NCBI RefSeq assembly: GCF_037042905.1
Contig: NC_087250.1
Span: 1,798,001-1,862,000, forward strand
From: Lytechinus pictus
Taxonomy: Eukaryota
Length of the DNA stretch: 64,000 nucleotides
Direction of reading: 5' to 3'
Shown: piece after piece, positions 24,493-37,617 of the stretch
How the letters are laid out: each line of letters opens with the position of its first letter
Numbering within the stretch: position 1 is the first letter of the stretch
Position numbers and translations under genes: made by a program
The notes under the pieces: generated by a model
What the model was told of the DNA's origin: nothing
What the model saw: only the letters and a program-made list of their open reading frames with translations
Database searches by the model: none

Positions 24493-25573
24493 GGTGATTG
24501 AAGTAGTGATCTGATCTGAAAAAAAAATCAAAGGAAAGGGACGAAAGATAGATAGTTATATATATAGCGGTCAAAGGAAGAAAAAAAATAAGGAAGCAGA
24601 AGAATCAATGACAATGAGAGTTAGAATAAAAAGAGATTAGAGAGAAAGATAGCGAAAAAATAGACAGAGATGGAGCAACATTATTTCTACCGACTTAAAA
24701 AAAAAATAAGTCAGAGAAACGAATTCTCTCCTTACGTTGGAATATATCCTACTATCCAATTGTGTTTCTTAATCTTAATATTTTTTTTCAAATTGACGAT
24801 GACATGAATCACAAAGTAATCTGATTGTTGTGATAAAATGAGTCAACCTTTGCTTTTCACAATTTGACATATTATCTGTTGTTGTAAGCTCTCCAAGATA
24901 CCTTATTCATCAAATATTTGCCGAAGATGGCGTGGTTGCTGATGCAGCAGAAAGTTGATGGTGTACTCCAGGCTGGAAATGATATGAATTGAAGAATAGA
25001 AAGAATAATGTCAGACAATTATTAAAATGAAAATTGCCATATAAAGTTAGGATTTTTTTTTGCTATTTCTATGGAACCCATCTATGCATGGCTTCGGAAT
25101 TATGAATCTCCTCATAGTCTGGCTGTTATTAATTTACCAAATGAATCGTAAGTTATTTACCCAAGTTTTTTTTCCCCCACAAAGATGAGAAAATAGGATT
25201 GGCTTTAGATTTAATATGTAATATCATCTTTGCTTATTTTGTTACTGGGAGAAATGTTGCACACGCATCAACTGCATTTATATATAGGCCTACCAGTTTT
25301 CACAAAATATTGTCAAATTATAAAATTCAAAAACTTAGTTACTTTTTAAATCTATGTATGTTGATAGAGTTTTTTTATACTGTGCTCTTTGAAGTTTTCT
25401 TGGTTTATATACAATCATATTCTTTACCCATTCGAGTAGGCATTACAACATTAAAATGTGGCGTTACGTCAGCCTCGATGTGGAATGTTTCATACCCCCT
25501 CCAAGAACATTGTTTTCATGAACTGAAGTTTGGTAGCTCCGTTTTTTAACGGATACTATATTCTCTCGCTTAT

Positions 25574-26234
25574 ACAGTGTGTATCAACAAAAAGGTTTAC
25601 ACTTTGAATAAGTCCTGGAAATTAAAAAATAAACAACTTCGGGATAATCTGTTACATATTTTCTTGGGTTTGAGTCTCATCTTTCGAATTATAGGAACAA
25701 TTTTGACAGAATGCTTCGCTTGAGTGAGCACTGTCCATTTTGGTAAAGCTCATAGAAATAGTTTTTAAGCAGAAATGCTCATTTTCTCTATGTCAATGAA
25801 AAACGGCGAAAACACTCTGACATGTTTGTTTTCTCATATATTTTTTTTTGCATGTTCAGTCAATTGAATAAAAAGATACTTCTGAACATTTTGTAACAAT
25901 TATGCCACCCAAATTAATATTTAACCCGAGGTAAGCATAGACATTACCCTTTTTGTGCCAACTTGATCTGAGGACATATCTAAATCCAAACAAAAGTTTA
26001 TTTGAGAAATTTCAAGCAATTTTTACGAAGCTATCATTTTTAGTGTATGAGTTTATATTCATATTTTATTTTAATACTTGTTTTTCCACACTTTTCCCAA
26101 GCATTGTATAGAGGAAGGGAAGAGATGAGCAAGAAGAAGTTAAAACTGTATAAATGTGGAAATGCTTCGGGATATTATTACAAATATATTATTTTTTAAA
26201 GGATTTTCCTAAGTGTAAACTTTTTTACGCACTG
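25574..26234. mobile_element. Tc1/mariner-like non-autonomous element (internally deleted)
   Basis: TA-CAGTGTGTATC...GTTTACACTT / AAGTGTAAAC...ACGCACTG; a longer paralogous copy lies at ~56282-58036. Confidence 0.65.
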
Positions 26235-26623
26235 AACAGGAAGGGAACAGATGATCTAAAAGAAGAAGTCAAAACCTTAGTCATATCCCTTTCAACTAAG
26301 AAAAATGCATCGGCAGACATTACTTACAAATCAAATGGTTTGGAATTATACCACTCCTCGTAACTACCTAATGAGTTAGAAGAAGTTAAAACTGTATAAA
26401 TGTGGAAATGCTTCGGGATATTATTACAAATATATTATTTTTTAAAGGATTTTCCTAAGTGTAAACTTTTTTACGCACTGAACAGGAAGGGAACAGATGA
26501 TCTAAAAGAAGAAGTCAAAACCTTAGTCATATCCCTTTCAACTAAGAAAAATGCATCGGCAGACATTACTTACAAATCAAATGGTTTGGAATTATACCAC
26601 TCCTCGTAACTACCTAATGAGTT
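26132..26623. repeat. Near-perfect 246-bp tandem duplication
   Basis: 26132-26377 repeats at 26378-26623; identical 69-aa spurious ORFs in both copies. Confidence 0.95.
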
Positions 26624-27259
26624 AAAAGCCGTATTCTTCCTAGAGATCACCAAGATCGACAAAGGAAACAAAATACTCGAGCGTTTCCCTCTATTCCATG
26701 GAAAAATCTTTACTTTTACTCTGTTAATGTTTCAAGCAAACTATTAATAGGAACTCCGGCCAATATCGTTCTCTCAGAAGAGCATTTCATAAAGTATTAT
26801 TCTCTCATGATCATTGTCATACCGCCATTAACGTTGCAATCCGGAGAAGCCACTACTTGGAGGAGATAGTAGTCATCCTCAGTTTGGTCAGAAATCATTT
26901 AATTAATTATAAAAGCAAATGTTTGTTTTTTATGATTTTACCAATCAGTTCGATAATACTCAGGATGTTCAATCAAATATTATTGTGGGTGCAAGACGAA
27001 AACACTGTATTAACATTTTATAGAGAATAGAGTGTCTTATCACATGAATTTGGGGACTGATTAATTTGACACACACACATTCATTCTTGATTTCATTTCA
27101 ATTCAAACATAATATGAAGTAATATGTATCAGATGCAAACATAGATATTTATATAAAAAACAGTACAAATTATAATACATGGAATGGACCTAGCCCTCAT
27201 GCAAATTTTAAGCTAGCCGCATGCTAGTCGCTCGCTAGTCGCTAGCTTGCAGCTTGTTA

Positions 27260-27424
27260 CACTGTAAAAAATGAAGTGCTCACTTAGCACTTACAGTGCT
27301 TGTATAGTGACTGCACTACTAGTGCTGATTTATAGTTTAAATTTAAACTAGAAAATTAGCACTCATAGTGCAGTCACCATACAAGCACCGTAAGTGCTAA
27401 ATTAGCACTTCATTTTTTACAGTG
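27260..27424. mobile_element. Palindromic MITE with CACTGTAAAAA termini and TA TSD (EnSpm/CACTA-like)
   Basis: The whole element folds back; empty site GTTAGCGG at the paralog near 58876. Confidence 0.88.
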
Positions 27425-27681
27425 TAGCGGATAGCTTGATAAGCTTGTGATATGCATGCTGACAAAAATCGAGCTTTTATCGAGCATGTATCGTTTGCTG
27501 GCTTAACATCGCTATTTAAGCAAGCCACCAGCTAGTCGCTTAATAGCTAGTTATTAGCATGCAGTACGTTTGAATTTCTGTAGGGGAGAAACAAAAATCC
27601 ACGATAAACTGATCGCTTTGAACTCTTAGAAAAAATACTGCTTATTTCCTCGATATCATCTGACAGAATGACGTTGTAGGG

Positions 27682-27857
27682 CAGTGGCGTACCTAGGATT
27701 TTCCACAGGGGGGGGGGCAAAATTGGCCGCCAAAAAATGTGACAACCAAAAAAAAAAAAATGGTCTTAAAAAAATAAAAATAAGCTTTTCGTACCAGGAA
27801 AAAAATTGACAAGCAAAAAAAAAAAAAAAAAAAAGGTCCCCCGTAGGTACGCTAGTG
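27682..27857 (+). mobile_element. hAT-type MITE
   Basis: CAGTGGCGTACC...GGTACGCTAGTG; TSD TTGTAGGG/TTGTTGGG; empty paralogous site near 59128. Confidence 0.88.
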
Positions 27858-28609
27858 TTGTTGGGTCTATCGACCTTTATAACTCACCTTGTTTTTATTG
27901 ATCCTCTCTGATGTATTATGACGTCACCGTCTATGATGATCTCTTGAAAAGAATTTATCGTTTTGATGCTACTTTAAAACTTTGTATAAACTTCAGAGAC
28001 CGATGTGTTGAATAATAATTATCTATGCTGCGAGACAAGATGGCGTATGTAGATGATCAATGTCGTTACACGTCTATGGAATACGCAGTGGTAATTCCCT
28101 TATTTTCGGGGGTAATTTTCACACATGGCTAGGCTGTACTACTATGAGTCGGATGAATATTGAATATGAATTGAGAGGAATGTCACAACTCAGTTTTCAG
28201 TAGTCAAATGTTTACATAGAACATGATAATAATAGCTTTCTGGTGGGAGCGTCGACAAGTGATGAACTTCATTGATTAAAGCAAAGCGATAAGGTAAGAG
28301 AGAAATAGACAGTAGCAGTGAAAGAGAGAAGAAGAGAGAAGGAAAGATAGGGAGAGAGGACCAATTTCGCAAACAAAGTAGGAACGGTAAGTATATTTCT
28401 AGTGTATGACGTATGAGGCGCCGAATGTACCATTATTATATAGAACAATTATTTGTTATATAATCATTATTTATTAAATAATAACTATTATTTATATATA
28501 ATTTACATTTTATTTGTAAATAACTACTTTTATATAAAATATCATTTCTAATTATTTATATATAATTCCAAGTAATACTTCATTATTTGTAAATAATAAT
28601 AGTTCGACA

Positions 28610-28880
28610 TTCCATTATTTATAAATAATGATTATTTGTTTTTCATTATTTATAAATAATGATTATTTGTTTTTCATTATTTATAAATAATGATTATTTG
28701 TTTTTCATTATTTATAAATAATGATTATTTGTTTTTCATTATTTATAAATAATGATTATTTGTTTTTCATTATTTATAAATAATGATTATTTGTTTTTCA
28801 TTATTTACAAATAATGATTATTTGTTTTTCATTATTTATAAATAATGATTATTTGTTTTTCATTATTTATAAATAATTTG
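28610..28880. repeat. 31-bp subterminal tandem repeat with a palindromic core (mirror copy at ~33050-33315)
   Basis: Unit CATTATTTATAAATAATG-ATTATTTGTTTTT. Confidence 0.9.
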
Positions 28881-30373
28881 TTGAGTTTTCCATTATTTAT
28901 AAATAATGATTATTTGTTAAATAATGAAAACGTCTACTTCATTATTTATAAATAATTTTTTCGAGTGCACCATTATTCTCATTATTTATAAATAATCATT
29001 ATTTAATGTTCGAGTTTTCCATTATTTATAAATAAAGATTATTTGTTAAATAATGAAATATCTACTTCATTATTTATAAATAATAATTTTGTTTCAATAT
29101 CCCATTATTTATAAATAATCATTATTTATAAACAATTTTTACAGTTTGCCATTATATACAAATAATCATTATTTATATACAAAAAACCATTATTTATTAA
29201 ATAATGCCATTATTTATTAAATAATGCCATTATTTATTAAATAATGCCATTATTTATTAAATAATGGAAAACTCGCTATAACATGCAAATGTGGGACCGC
29301 CCATGATATGAATATTCATGATGCGATTTCCTTTTTCGTGATTTTTCTTCACAAATTTTTGTCCATTTCCTCTTCATAATGACATTTCTTGAAGCAATTT
29401 TCTAGGGATATGGTCTGATTGTAATATTCTTCATTTTCTATATAACTTCGTCTTCGTAGAAATATCAAAAAGTGTAATTTTATACGATTTTTCCTACAGT
29501 TCACAATCCCCATAGGCGCGCGTGTACGGTAGGGACAACCGGTGAATCGACGGAGTGCTCTTCATCGAAATACTACGTTGGTTGGTCCCCGGAAGTGGCG
29601 GGCGGAATTTAGCCCGAATCCTCGATGGAAGTCGATCAAGTGCATATGAGCTGAGAGAGTGAAATATCAGTGTACTTGTACAGGCCCTTCTACTTTTTAT
29701 AAATATTTCTTGTTGCTTTTTTTGTTAAGTTAATTTTTCCTGGTGTAGAGATAAGTTTCAGTTCTAATAATGCACTTCAAATACATTTTGGAGTGTCTGT
29801 TTGAGGCGTTTGGGGCGATTTCACCCTGGCCCCAAAATGCTCGCAACGACAATACGGGGGCATGATGACCCCTAAATTTTTAAAAACTTATTTTTCTATT
29901 GAAAATTATCACAAAATTCACCAAAAGTGTGCACGAAAGCCTTCGTATTTCACTTTTAAAACTCCGAAAAGTGCCCAAATGACAAGCTAGGTCGCTTCGC
30001 TGTGTCGCTTTCAACTTGAGAACGTTTACGCGTCTGCTCCCCCCCCCCCTCCTCCGAAAGAAATTCTGTATACGGCCATGCTCTAAAGAGCCTGGCACAT
30101 TGATTTATGTATACTTTCATTTTCATTATTTTTATCTCATTATCAACATGGCCTTACGCAGAATTTTTTCCAGGGGGGCCGGGGCCGGAGCATGACGCGC
30201 GTAAACTTTCTCAAAAAAATCTTGAAAGCGAGACAGCCACGGGACCAAGCCCAAATGACAAGCTTTGTCGCTTCGCTGTCTCGCTTTCAACTTGAGAACG
30301 TTTACACGCGTCTGCCCCCACCCCCCGAAAGAAATTCTGTGAACAGCCATGCTCAAAAGAGCATATGGCACAT

Positions 30374-31546
30374 TATAGATATATGGACTGCTTTGAGAGG
30401 CATGGTTGTTTCTAGAGGCTCAAGGGGACCGCAACGCGACTATGCACGAGGGCTTTGCCCGAGGGCATGGTCTGGCCGATGCGGTACCCGCGAGCCGAAA
30501 GAAACAACCATGTCTCGAATATAAAAGCAGTCCATATATATTTTATGAACCGAATTATTAAACATTAGATCTAACGTTAGGGGCTAGTCTAAGTCTAGAT
30601 CTAAAGCCCTGGCCCTGGCCCCAAGCTAACGTTAGGACTTAGGTCTAGGCCCTTACTTAGCCCTGATCCTGAAGTTAGGTCTCAAAGTCGAATATCATAA
30701 GCAGTTCCCGAGCAGTTCATACCGATAGGCCCCACAAGGCCTAGATCTAGATATTTTTAGGAACCAAATTACTAATTAGGTTCTGATTCTGAATAGGGTC
30801 TAGGCTAGATCTAACGTTCAGAAATAAATCCCTATTAGAGTGTACTCTAACGTTAGATCTAGTCGACTAAACCTACGTCCTAACGTTAGATCTAACGTTA
30901 GATCTAATAACTTCTAAGCTAACTAACGGCAATTAACATTAGATCTACCCGTCATAACGTTGTCGTTTGTCATACCTAAGGCTAAGTAACGAGTAACGTT
31001 ATGTTAACCTTAGAAAGTGCAGTGACCGTCTAACTTTAATCTTTTCACCCGACTCACCTTTTGCGACTGCGAGCATGAATTTGAGCGGTCTGCGACAAGA
31101 CTTGATGATTGATACATCCGTTATGTCCTTAATAAGTTTCTTTTCAATAAATGCCATATATTTTAACATGAATTAACAAGCAAAAGTCAAAGATCGGCAT
31201 CGTTCCATCGATATGTCATATCCGTTGCGCGCACTTGCGCAATAAGCGCGTAAATGTGCGAATTGTCTAAAACTTTCGATCAAATCGCGCGGATATTTAT
31301 GGTATCCGCAATCACCACAGAAAGCAACATTTTGCATGCAATCAAATGGGGATCTCAGCCAAATTTTGCTATGCCCGTCGTTAAGGGGCGGGTCAGGGGG
31401 CAACGGGCAGAAATCTTGTTAACTATGCCCGTTGCCCTTGGTTACCACCTTAGTTTGTTGTTTTGAAGGCATGGTCGTTTACATGACCTCAGTTTTGACC
31501 AATCAGAGGAACGGATTATTCGACATTCTTAAAGAGAGGTTTATAA
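30374..31546. mobile_element. TSD-less insertion with a terminal hairpin, Crypton-V-like non-autonomous element
   Basis: ~160-bp imperfect palindrome at 30380-30540; right end TTGACCAATCAGA...TATAA; splits GGCACAT|TGATTTAT, which is intact at 30096-30110. Confidence 0.55.
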
Positions 31547-34500
31547 TGATTTATATGTACTTTTCATTTTCATTATTTTTATCACATTATCATCATGGCC
31601 TTACACAGAATTTTTACCGGGGGGGGGGCAGCTAGGACGCGCATAAAGTTTCTCAAAAAAATCTTGAAAGCGAGACAGCGACGCGACCAAGCTCAAATGA
31701 CAAGCTTGGTCGCTTCGCTTTCTCAAGATTTTTATGAGAAAGTTTACGCGCGTCCTGCTCCCCCCACCCCCCCCCCGGAAAAAATTCTGCGTAAGGCCAT
31801 GATGATAATGAGATAAAAATAATGAAAATGAAGTATACATAAATCAATGTGCCAGGCTCTTTAGAGCATGGCCGTATACAGAATTTCTTTCGGAGGAGGG
31901 GGGGGGGGGGGGGGAAGCAGACGCGTAAACGTTCTCAAGTTGAAAGCGACACAGCGAAGCGACCAAGCTTGTCATTTGGGCACTTTTTGGAGTTTTAAAA
32001 GTGAAATACGAAGGCTTTCGTGCACACTTTTGGTGAATTTTGTGATCATATAATTTTCAATAGAAAAATAAGTTTTTAAAAATTAGGGGTCATCATGCCC
32101 CCGTATTGTCGTTGCGAGCATTTTGGGGCCAGGGTGAAATCGCCCCAAACAGACACTCCAAAATGTATTTGAAGTGCATTATTAGAACTGAAACTTATTT
32201 CTACACCAGGAAAAATTAACTTAACAAAAAAAGCAACAAGAAATATTTATAAAAAGTAGAAGGGCCTGTACAAGTACACTGATATTTCACTCTCTCAGCT
32301 CATATGCACTTGATCGACTTCCATCGAGGATTCGGGCTAAATTCCGCCCGCCACTTCCGGGGACCAACCAACGTAGTATTTCGATGAAGAGCACTCCGTC
32401 GATTCACCGGTTGTCCCTACCGTACACGCGCGCCTATGGGGATTGTGAACTGTAGGAAAAATCGTATAAAATTACACTTTTTGATATTTCTACGAAGACG
32501 AAGTTATATAGAAAATGAAGAATATTACAATCAGACCATATCCCTAGAAAATTGCTTCAAGAAATGTCATTATGAAGAGGAAATGGACAAAAATTTGTGA
32601 AGAAAAATCACGAAAAAGGAAATCGCATCATGAATATTCATATCATGGGCGGTCCCACATTTGCATGTTATAGCGAGTTTTCCATTATTTAATAAATAAT
32701 GGCATTATTTAATAAATAATGGCATTATTTAGTAAATAATGGTTATTTGTATATAAATAATGATTATTTGTATATAATGGCAAACTGTAAAAATTGTTTA
32801 TAAATAATGATTATTTATAAATAATGGGATATTGAAACAAAATTATTATTTATAAATAATGAAGTAGATATTTCATTATTTAACAAATAATCTTTATTTA
32901 TAAATAATGGAAAACTCGAACATTAAATAATGATTATTTATAAATAATGAGAATAATGGTGCACTCGAAAAAATTATTTATAAATAATGAAGTAGACGTT
33001 TTCATTATTTAACAAATAATCATTATTTATAAATAATGGAAAACTCAACAAATTATTTATAAATAATGAAAAACAAATAATCATTATTTATAAATAATGA
33101 AAAACAAATAATCATTATTTGTAAATAATGAAAAACAAATAATCATTATTTATAAATAATGAAAAACAAATAATCATTATTTATAAATAATGAAAAACAA
33201 ATAATCATTATTTGTAAATAATGAAAAACAAATAATCATTATTTATAAATAATGAAAAACAAATAATCATTATTTGTAAATAATGAAAAACAAATAATCG
33301 TTATTTATAAATAATGGAATGTCGAACTATTATTATTTACAAATAATGAAGTATTACTTGGAATTATATATAAATAATTAGAAATGATATTTTATATAAT
33401 AGTAGTTATTTACAAATAAAATGTAAATTATATATAAATAATAGTTATTATTTAATAAATAATGATTATATAACAAATAATTGTTCTATATAATATTGGT
33501 ACATTCGGCGCCTCATAATGACGAGGTCCTTTTTACACCGTATATAATCGGCAAGGAACTTACGTCACGATTTAACTCTTTTTAGAGGTCACATGACTGG
33601 AGCGTCCCTGAGTGGTGCTGACATTAGCCATGATGGGAGCATCAATGATCGTGGGACGTGCTTCGGTGCTTCTTGTAAATATATCAATATCAACATTTAT
33701 TTCTATTTTATGTATTCATTTGTTTAAAAAGCAGGAAAGCCCATTCAACAGTTTGTTGGTCTCCCATGGTCCCCTGTGACAGTGTACATAGCATAACATA
33801 ACAATTATGACAAGTCATTTACATAACAGTATCATAATAAGAGAGGCATAGATAAAATAGTAAGTAATTGAATCAAAGCATACGAATGTTTATAAAAAGA
33901 AAGAAAAGAGACAGAAGGAACTTGCAGAAAACAGACATTTGACAAAAACAGGAGCAGAGGGTGGAGAAAAAAAGAAAGAGAGACAGAGAGTGAGAGAATA
34001 AACTCATGAAATATTTGGAATTTTATAAACAAAGTAGAAACTGAAAATGGTTGTAAAATCGGTACATGGCAATATCTTGTAGTGATTTAAGATTTCTATT
34101 TTTATCTAAGTAGCTGTTTGTAATGTACGTGTATAAAATTTTGTATCCAAAGGAACTGTTGCTGCGCTAGCGCCATGAGCGTCTCTGGATGGTGTGTGCG
34201 CTCAATAAGATATCACTATTATTATTATTTACTATCACTATTATTATCTTATTTGGACGATAATAAGGGGCATTTAACTCTGGAAAACTGGGGCGCTGGT
34301 GGTTCTGTAGCGCCCCCTTCCAGTGGCGTACCTAGGATTTTCCAGGATTATAAAATTACCTACACGCTCATGTAAAAATATATCAAAAACTCGCATTGGT
34401 TCGGAAATTATTGATGTTTGTTCAAGGGGGGACTTACTTTTTTTGTTGTGTATAGTTTAACTTATTATATTTCCTTATGCCTACGCATGCAAATGACTCC

Positions 34501-36499
34501 CCAATTTTTTATTGTTTGATATGTTAAGTTAGGGGAACCACGCTCTAAAAGCAATGCTTTTTAGTGTATTCCTTCATTTCCATACAAGATTTTGCTAACT
34601 GTTTTTGAATTTGTAGTTGATTTGTAATTATTGTAACCATATTTATTTTGTATTTGTTTATTATATATAATGATGTATGTCTGATTTGTATTTATTTCTA
34701 ATGTTATTGGTGGAAATGAAAATAAAAACTTGAACTTGAAACCAGGGCCCTGTGAAGGATTTATCACAGGGGTATTGATTTTGATTTGGCAAGTAATACA
34801 AAAGGGAGTTTCATTACAAAATGAAGGTCATATTGGTCGCGGTAAATTTCACAAGGAAGCCCTGAAAAGGATTTACCGAAAAAAGAAGAAGATAATTTTG
34901 GTCGCGAGAAAATTCGTAGGCAAAAATCAAAAGGGTTTCACTACCAAGTGGAGATCATTTTAATTATACTTCTCCATTTTCGCACAACTTTCAGATTTCA
35001 AGGGGGTGCTGCCAATGGAGAATAACCGTGTAACGCAAATATTGAGTACCCCCAGCACCCCCGTTCCCAAGAGCCATGCATAACACCTTTTGATCTAATG
35101 AGATAAGATTCGTATTCTTCCCAGAGACGATCACCAAGATGAATAAACATGATAAAGGAATAAAAAATACTTATCTGAAAACCAAACACTACAGGGGCGC
35201 CCCCTTATGCAATGGGGAATTATTGCTTTCCTAGGGATGGGGGAGGGTTAAGGCCGTTTTTGGTTCCCCTGTCCCTGCAAATAGGAACCAGCGTTATTAA
35301 CATTAACCTTCCATTAACAGACTAAAAGTTTCGAAGATACTATCTCTGGATAAATTATCATACTCTTAGAAGAGCTTTCAAAACGTATAATTCTCTCATT
35401 ATCAGTGGCATAACGCCATAAACGACGCAAAATCTGGAGAAGCCACCACTTGGAAGAGGAACCATATGTCTACTCAGTTAGATACGAAATAATTTTCACT
35501 AACCAAATGATGCGAGCGCGAAGCGCGAGCTGAAAAAAATTTGATATTCAGATCACAAAAAGGGACATTTTAATGACTGATTTTAGGAATTCATGAAGAA
35601 CAGACCATTTCTCCCTCCTTTTCTCCTTTTCCCCGTTTTTTTTTGGAGGGGGGGGGGGCAGCCGATTAGGGGGGCATGTGCCCCCCATTCCCCCCACCGT
35701 AGTTACGCCACTTAATAATACCATATTCATAATCAGTATATTTCTCCCTTAACAAAAGAAAAGAGAGAAGGAAAGGAATAATAAAATGAAACGTGATGAC
35801 AGAATAACGAGGAGTAAGAAGTTAAAAGAAAGGAGAAGAAGAACAACAACACAAATGGGAAGGGAAAAGGGGAGTAGTAGTAGAAGAAGAAGAAGAAGAA
35901 GAAGAGAGAGAGAGAGAGAGAAAGGGATAGTAAAATGAGTACGAAAGTAAGATAAATGGGAGGGAGGGGAGAGAGGGCAATAAACGATCACAGTTTATCG
36001 ATTTACGTTAGCAAATGCCCTTATTATGAGACCTATTTCTTAATGTTGAAATATCAAATCGTTTTAAATAAATGAAATGGCATGATTTATCAAAAAGATT
36101 TATCTCATTGTAGGGTGACATGAGAGAAACAAATGAAAATTTACCTGATTTGGTAAGCTCTCTCTTTAGGCTGTTACGTTCATCAGACATTCGCCGTAGA
36201 TTGGCGTAGTTCCCGATTCAGCACAACTTGAAGGTGTAATCCAGACTGAAAATGATATAATTTAAACAGAAAAAGAATAAAATCAGACAAACATTACAAT
36301 AAAAATGGAGAACAAATTGAAAACATTTTTTTTTCTATGGAACCCTTCTATGCATGTAGAATGGCTACAGGGGCGCCCCCTTATGCAATTGGGAATTATT
36401 GCTTTCCTTGGGAGGGGGGGGGGGAGAAGGCCCATTTTGGTTCCCCTGTCCCTGAAACTTGGAACCAGCGGTAATAACAATTCAATTCAATTCAAATAA

Positions 36500-37454
36500 A
36501 CATTTATTTTCTTCCATTTCAAAACAATTTTCATAAACATTAATTCATACAAAAATCAAAATGTTATGAGGAATATAAACATGTACATGTTTGGTTTAAA
36601 GAAGAAGGCGTATATCCTAAAAGCCGAGGTTTGTGGCGGGATACGCCTATTATAGACATAAATATAATACAAAAAAACAATACAAAGGAAAGGGCAGAGG
36701 AAAGAAGAGAAGGAAAGGGAACGAGAGAGGGAGACGTGAGCGGAGAGGCGGGCATGAATTACTGTATAAAATAGAATGCTCAACAAATGTATCAGTGGGG
36801 GCAAAATATAAATGCCGCAACAACAATCGTCCATGGTTCATGTTAACTTAAAGTCAAAAGGAAACGTAAGGTGGAAAATATTCATATATAAAATGTCAGG
36901 AGTAGTTTTTTCATTTTATACTTAAAGCTAGTTGACGACAGAGATTGTTTTATGTAATCCGGAATTTTGTTCCATATTTTGGGGCCAGTATAACGAATAT
37001 TGTGTTGGAAAATTTTTTTTTTTTATGTTTGGGAATGAATATTTGATTATTTGAGCGGGTATCAAAATAATGATTAAATGATGATTTAAACACCTGTAGA
37101 GAAAATGACATTGTTGAAGTTTATTGATGTCGTCTGATTTCAACAATTTTAGGGAATGAAACAAATTTTTAGTATTTGCTAATGGTATATTGTCGTCTGG
37201 AGAAATAATACGCACAATTTTATTTTGAAGGGAACATAATTTCTTAAAATGGGTTTGGTATGTGTTCGCCCATACCAAATTACAGTAATAAAAATATGGA
37301 AAGATTAAAGAGCAATATAATGTACGCAATACAGTTTTATGCAAGTAAAAACTTAGGCGATATATTATTCCGATATTTTTGGCAACTTTGTTCTCAATTT
37401 CATTTATGTGATGTATCCATGTTAAGTTACTGTCAATGATAACGCCAAGAAACC
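36500..37454 (-). mobile_element. CR1/L2-group LINE 3' fragment (copy 1)
   Basis: FLGVIIDSNLTW..HI, LYCSLIFPY.YYCNLVW, LQNKIVRII motifs; tail toward (TTGAA)n. Confidence 0.85.
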
Positions 37455-37496
37455 GACAATCCGAGCACCAGGAACAATAAAAACATAGGCCCTGAG

Positions 37497-37617
37497 CAGT
37501 GGCGGACCGTGACCCGGAGGAGACAAAGCATTGGGGGGGGGCACAGCATTGTTCACAGACAATGCAGTGCCCCCCCCCCCCAATGCTTTGTATCCTCCGG
37601 GTCACGGTACACTACTG
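37497..37617. mobile_element. 121-bp palindromic hAT MITE nested in a hAT fragment
   Basis: CAGTGGCGGACC...GGTACACTACTG; 8-bp TSD GCCCTGAG; empty site at ~44803. Confidence 0.9.

Larger units (their letters stand above)
28412..33517. mobile_element. 5.1-kb foldback non-autonomous DNA transposon with IS3EU-like termini
   Basis: Inverted arms ~28412-30231 and ~31716-33517; termini TATGAGGCGCC...GGCGCCTCATA; 6-bp TSD ATGACG (28406-28411, 33518-33523); empty paralogous site near 45805. Confidence 0.9.

Noticed and set aside
24493-24531. N-terminal extension MIFFSDQITTSIT of the 642-aa ORF
   Set aside because: It starts at TTG inside a polypyrimidine tract/splice acceptor; the Kozak-context ATG at 24492 is the more likely start.
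28610-28880. CRISPR-like array of palindromic 31-bp repeats
   Set aside because: No unique spacers, no cas genes, eukaryotic context; these are subterminal repeats of a transposon arm.
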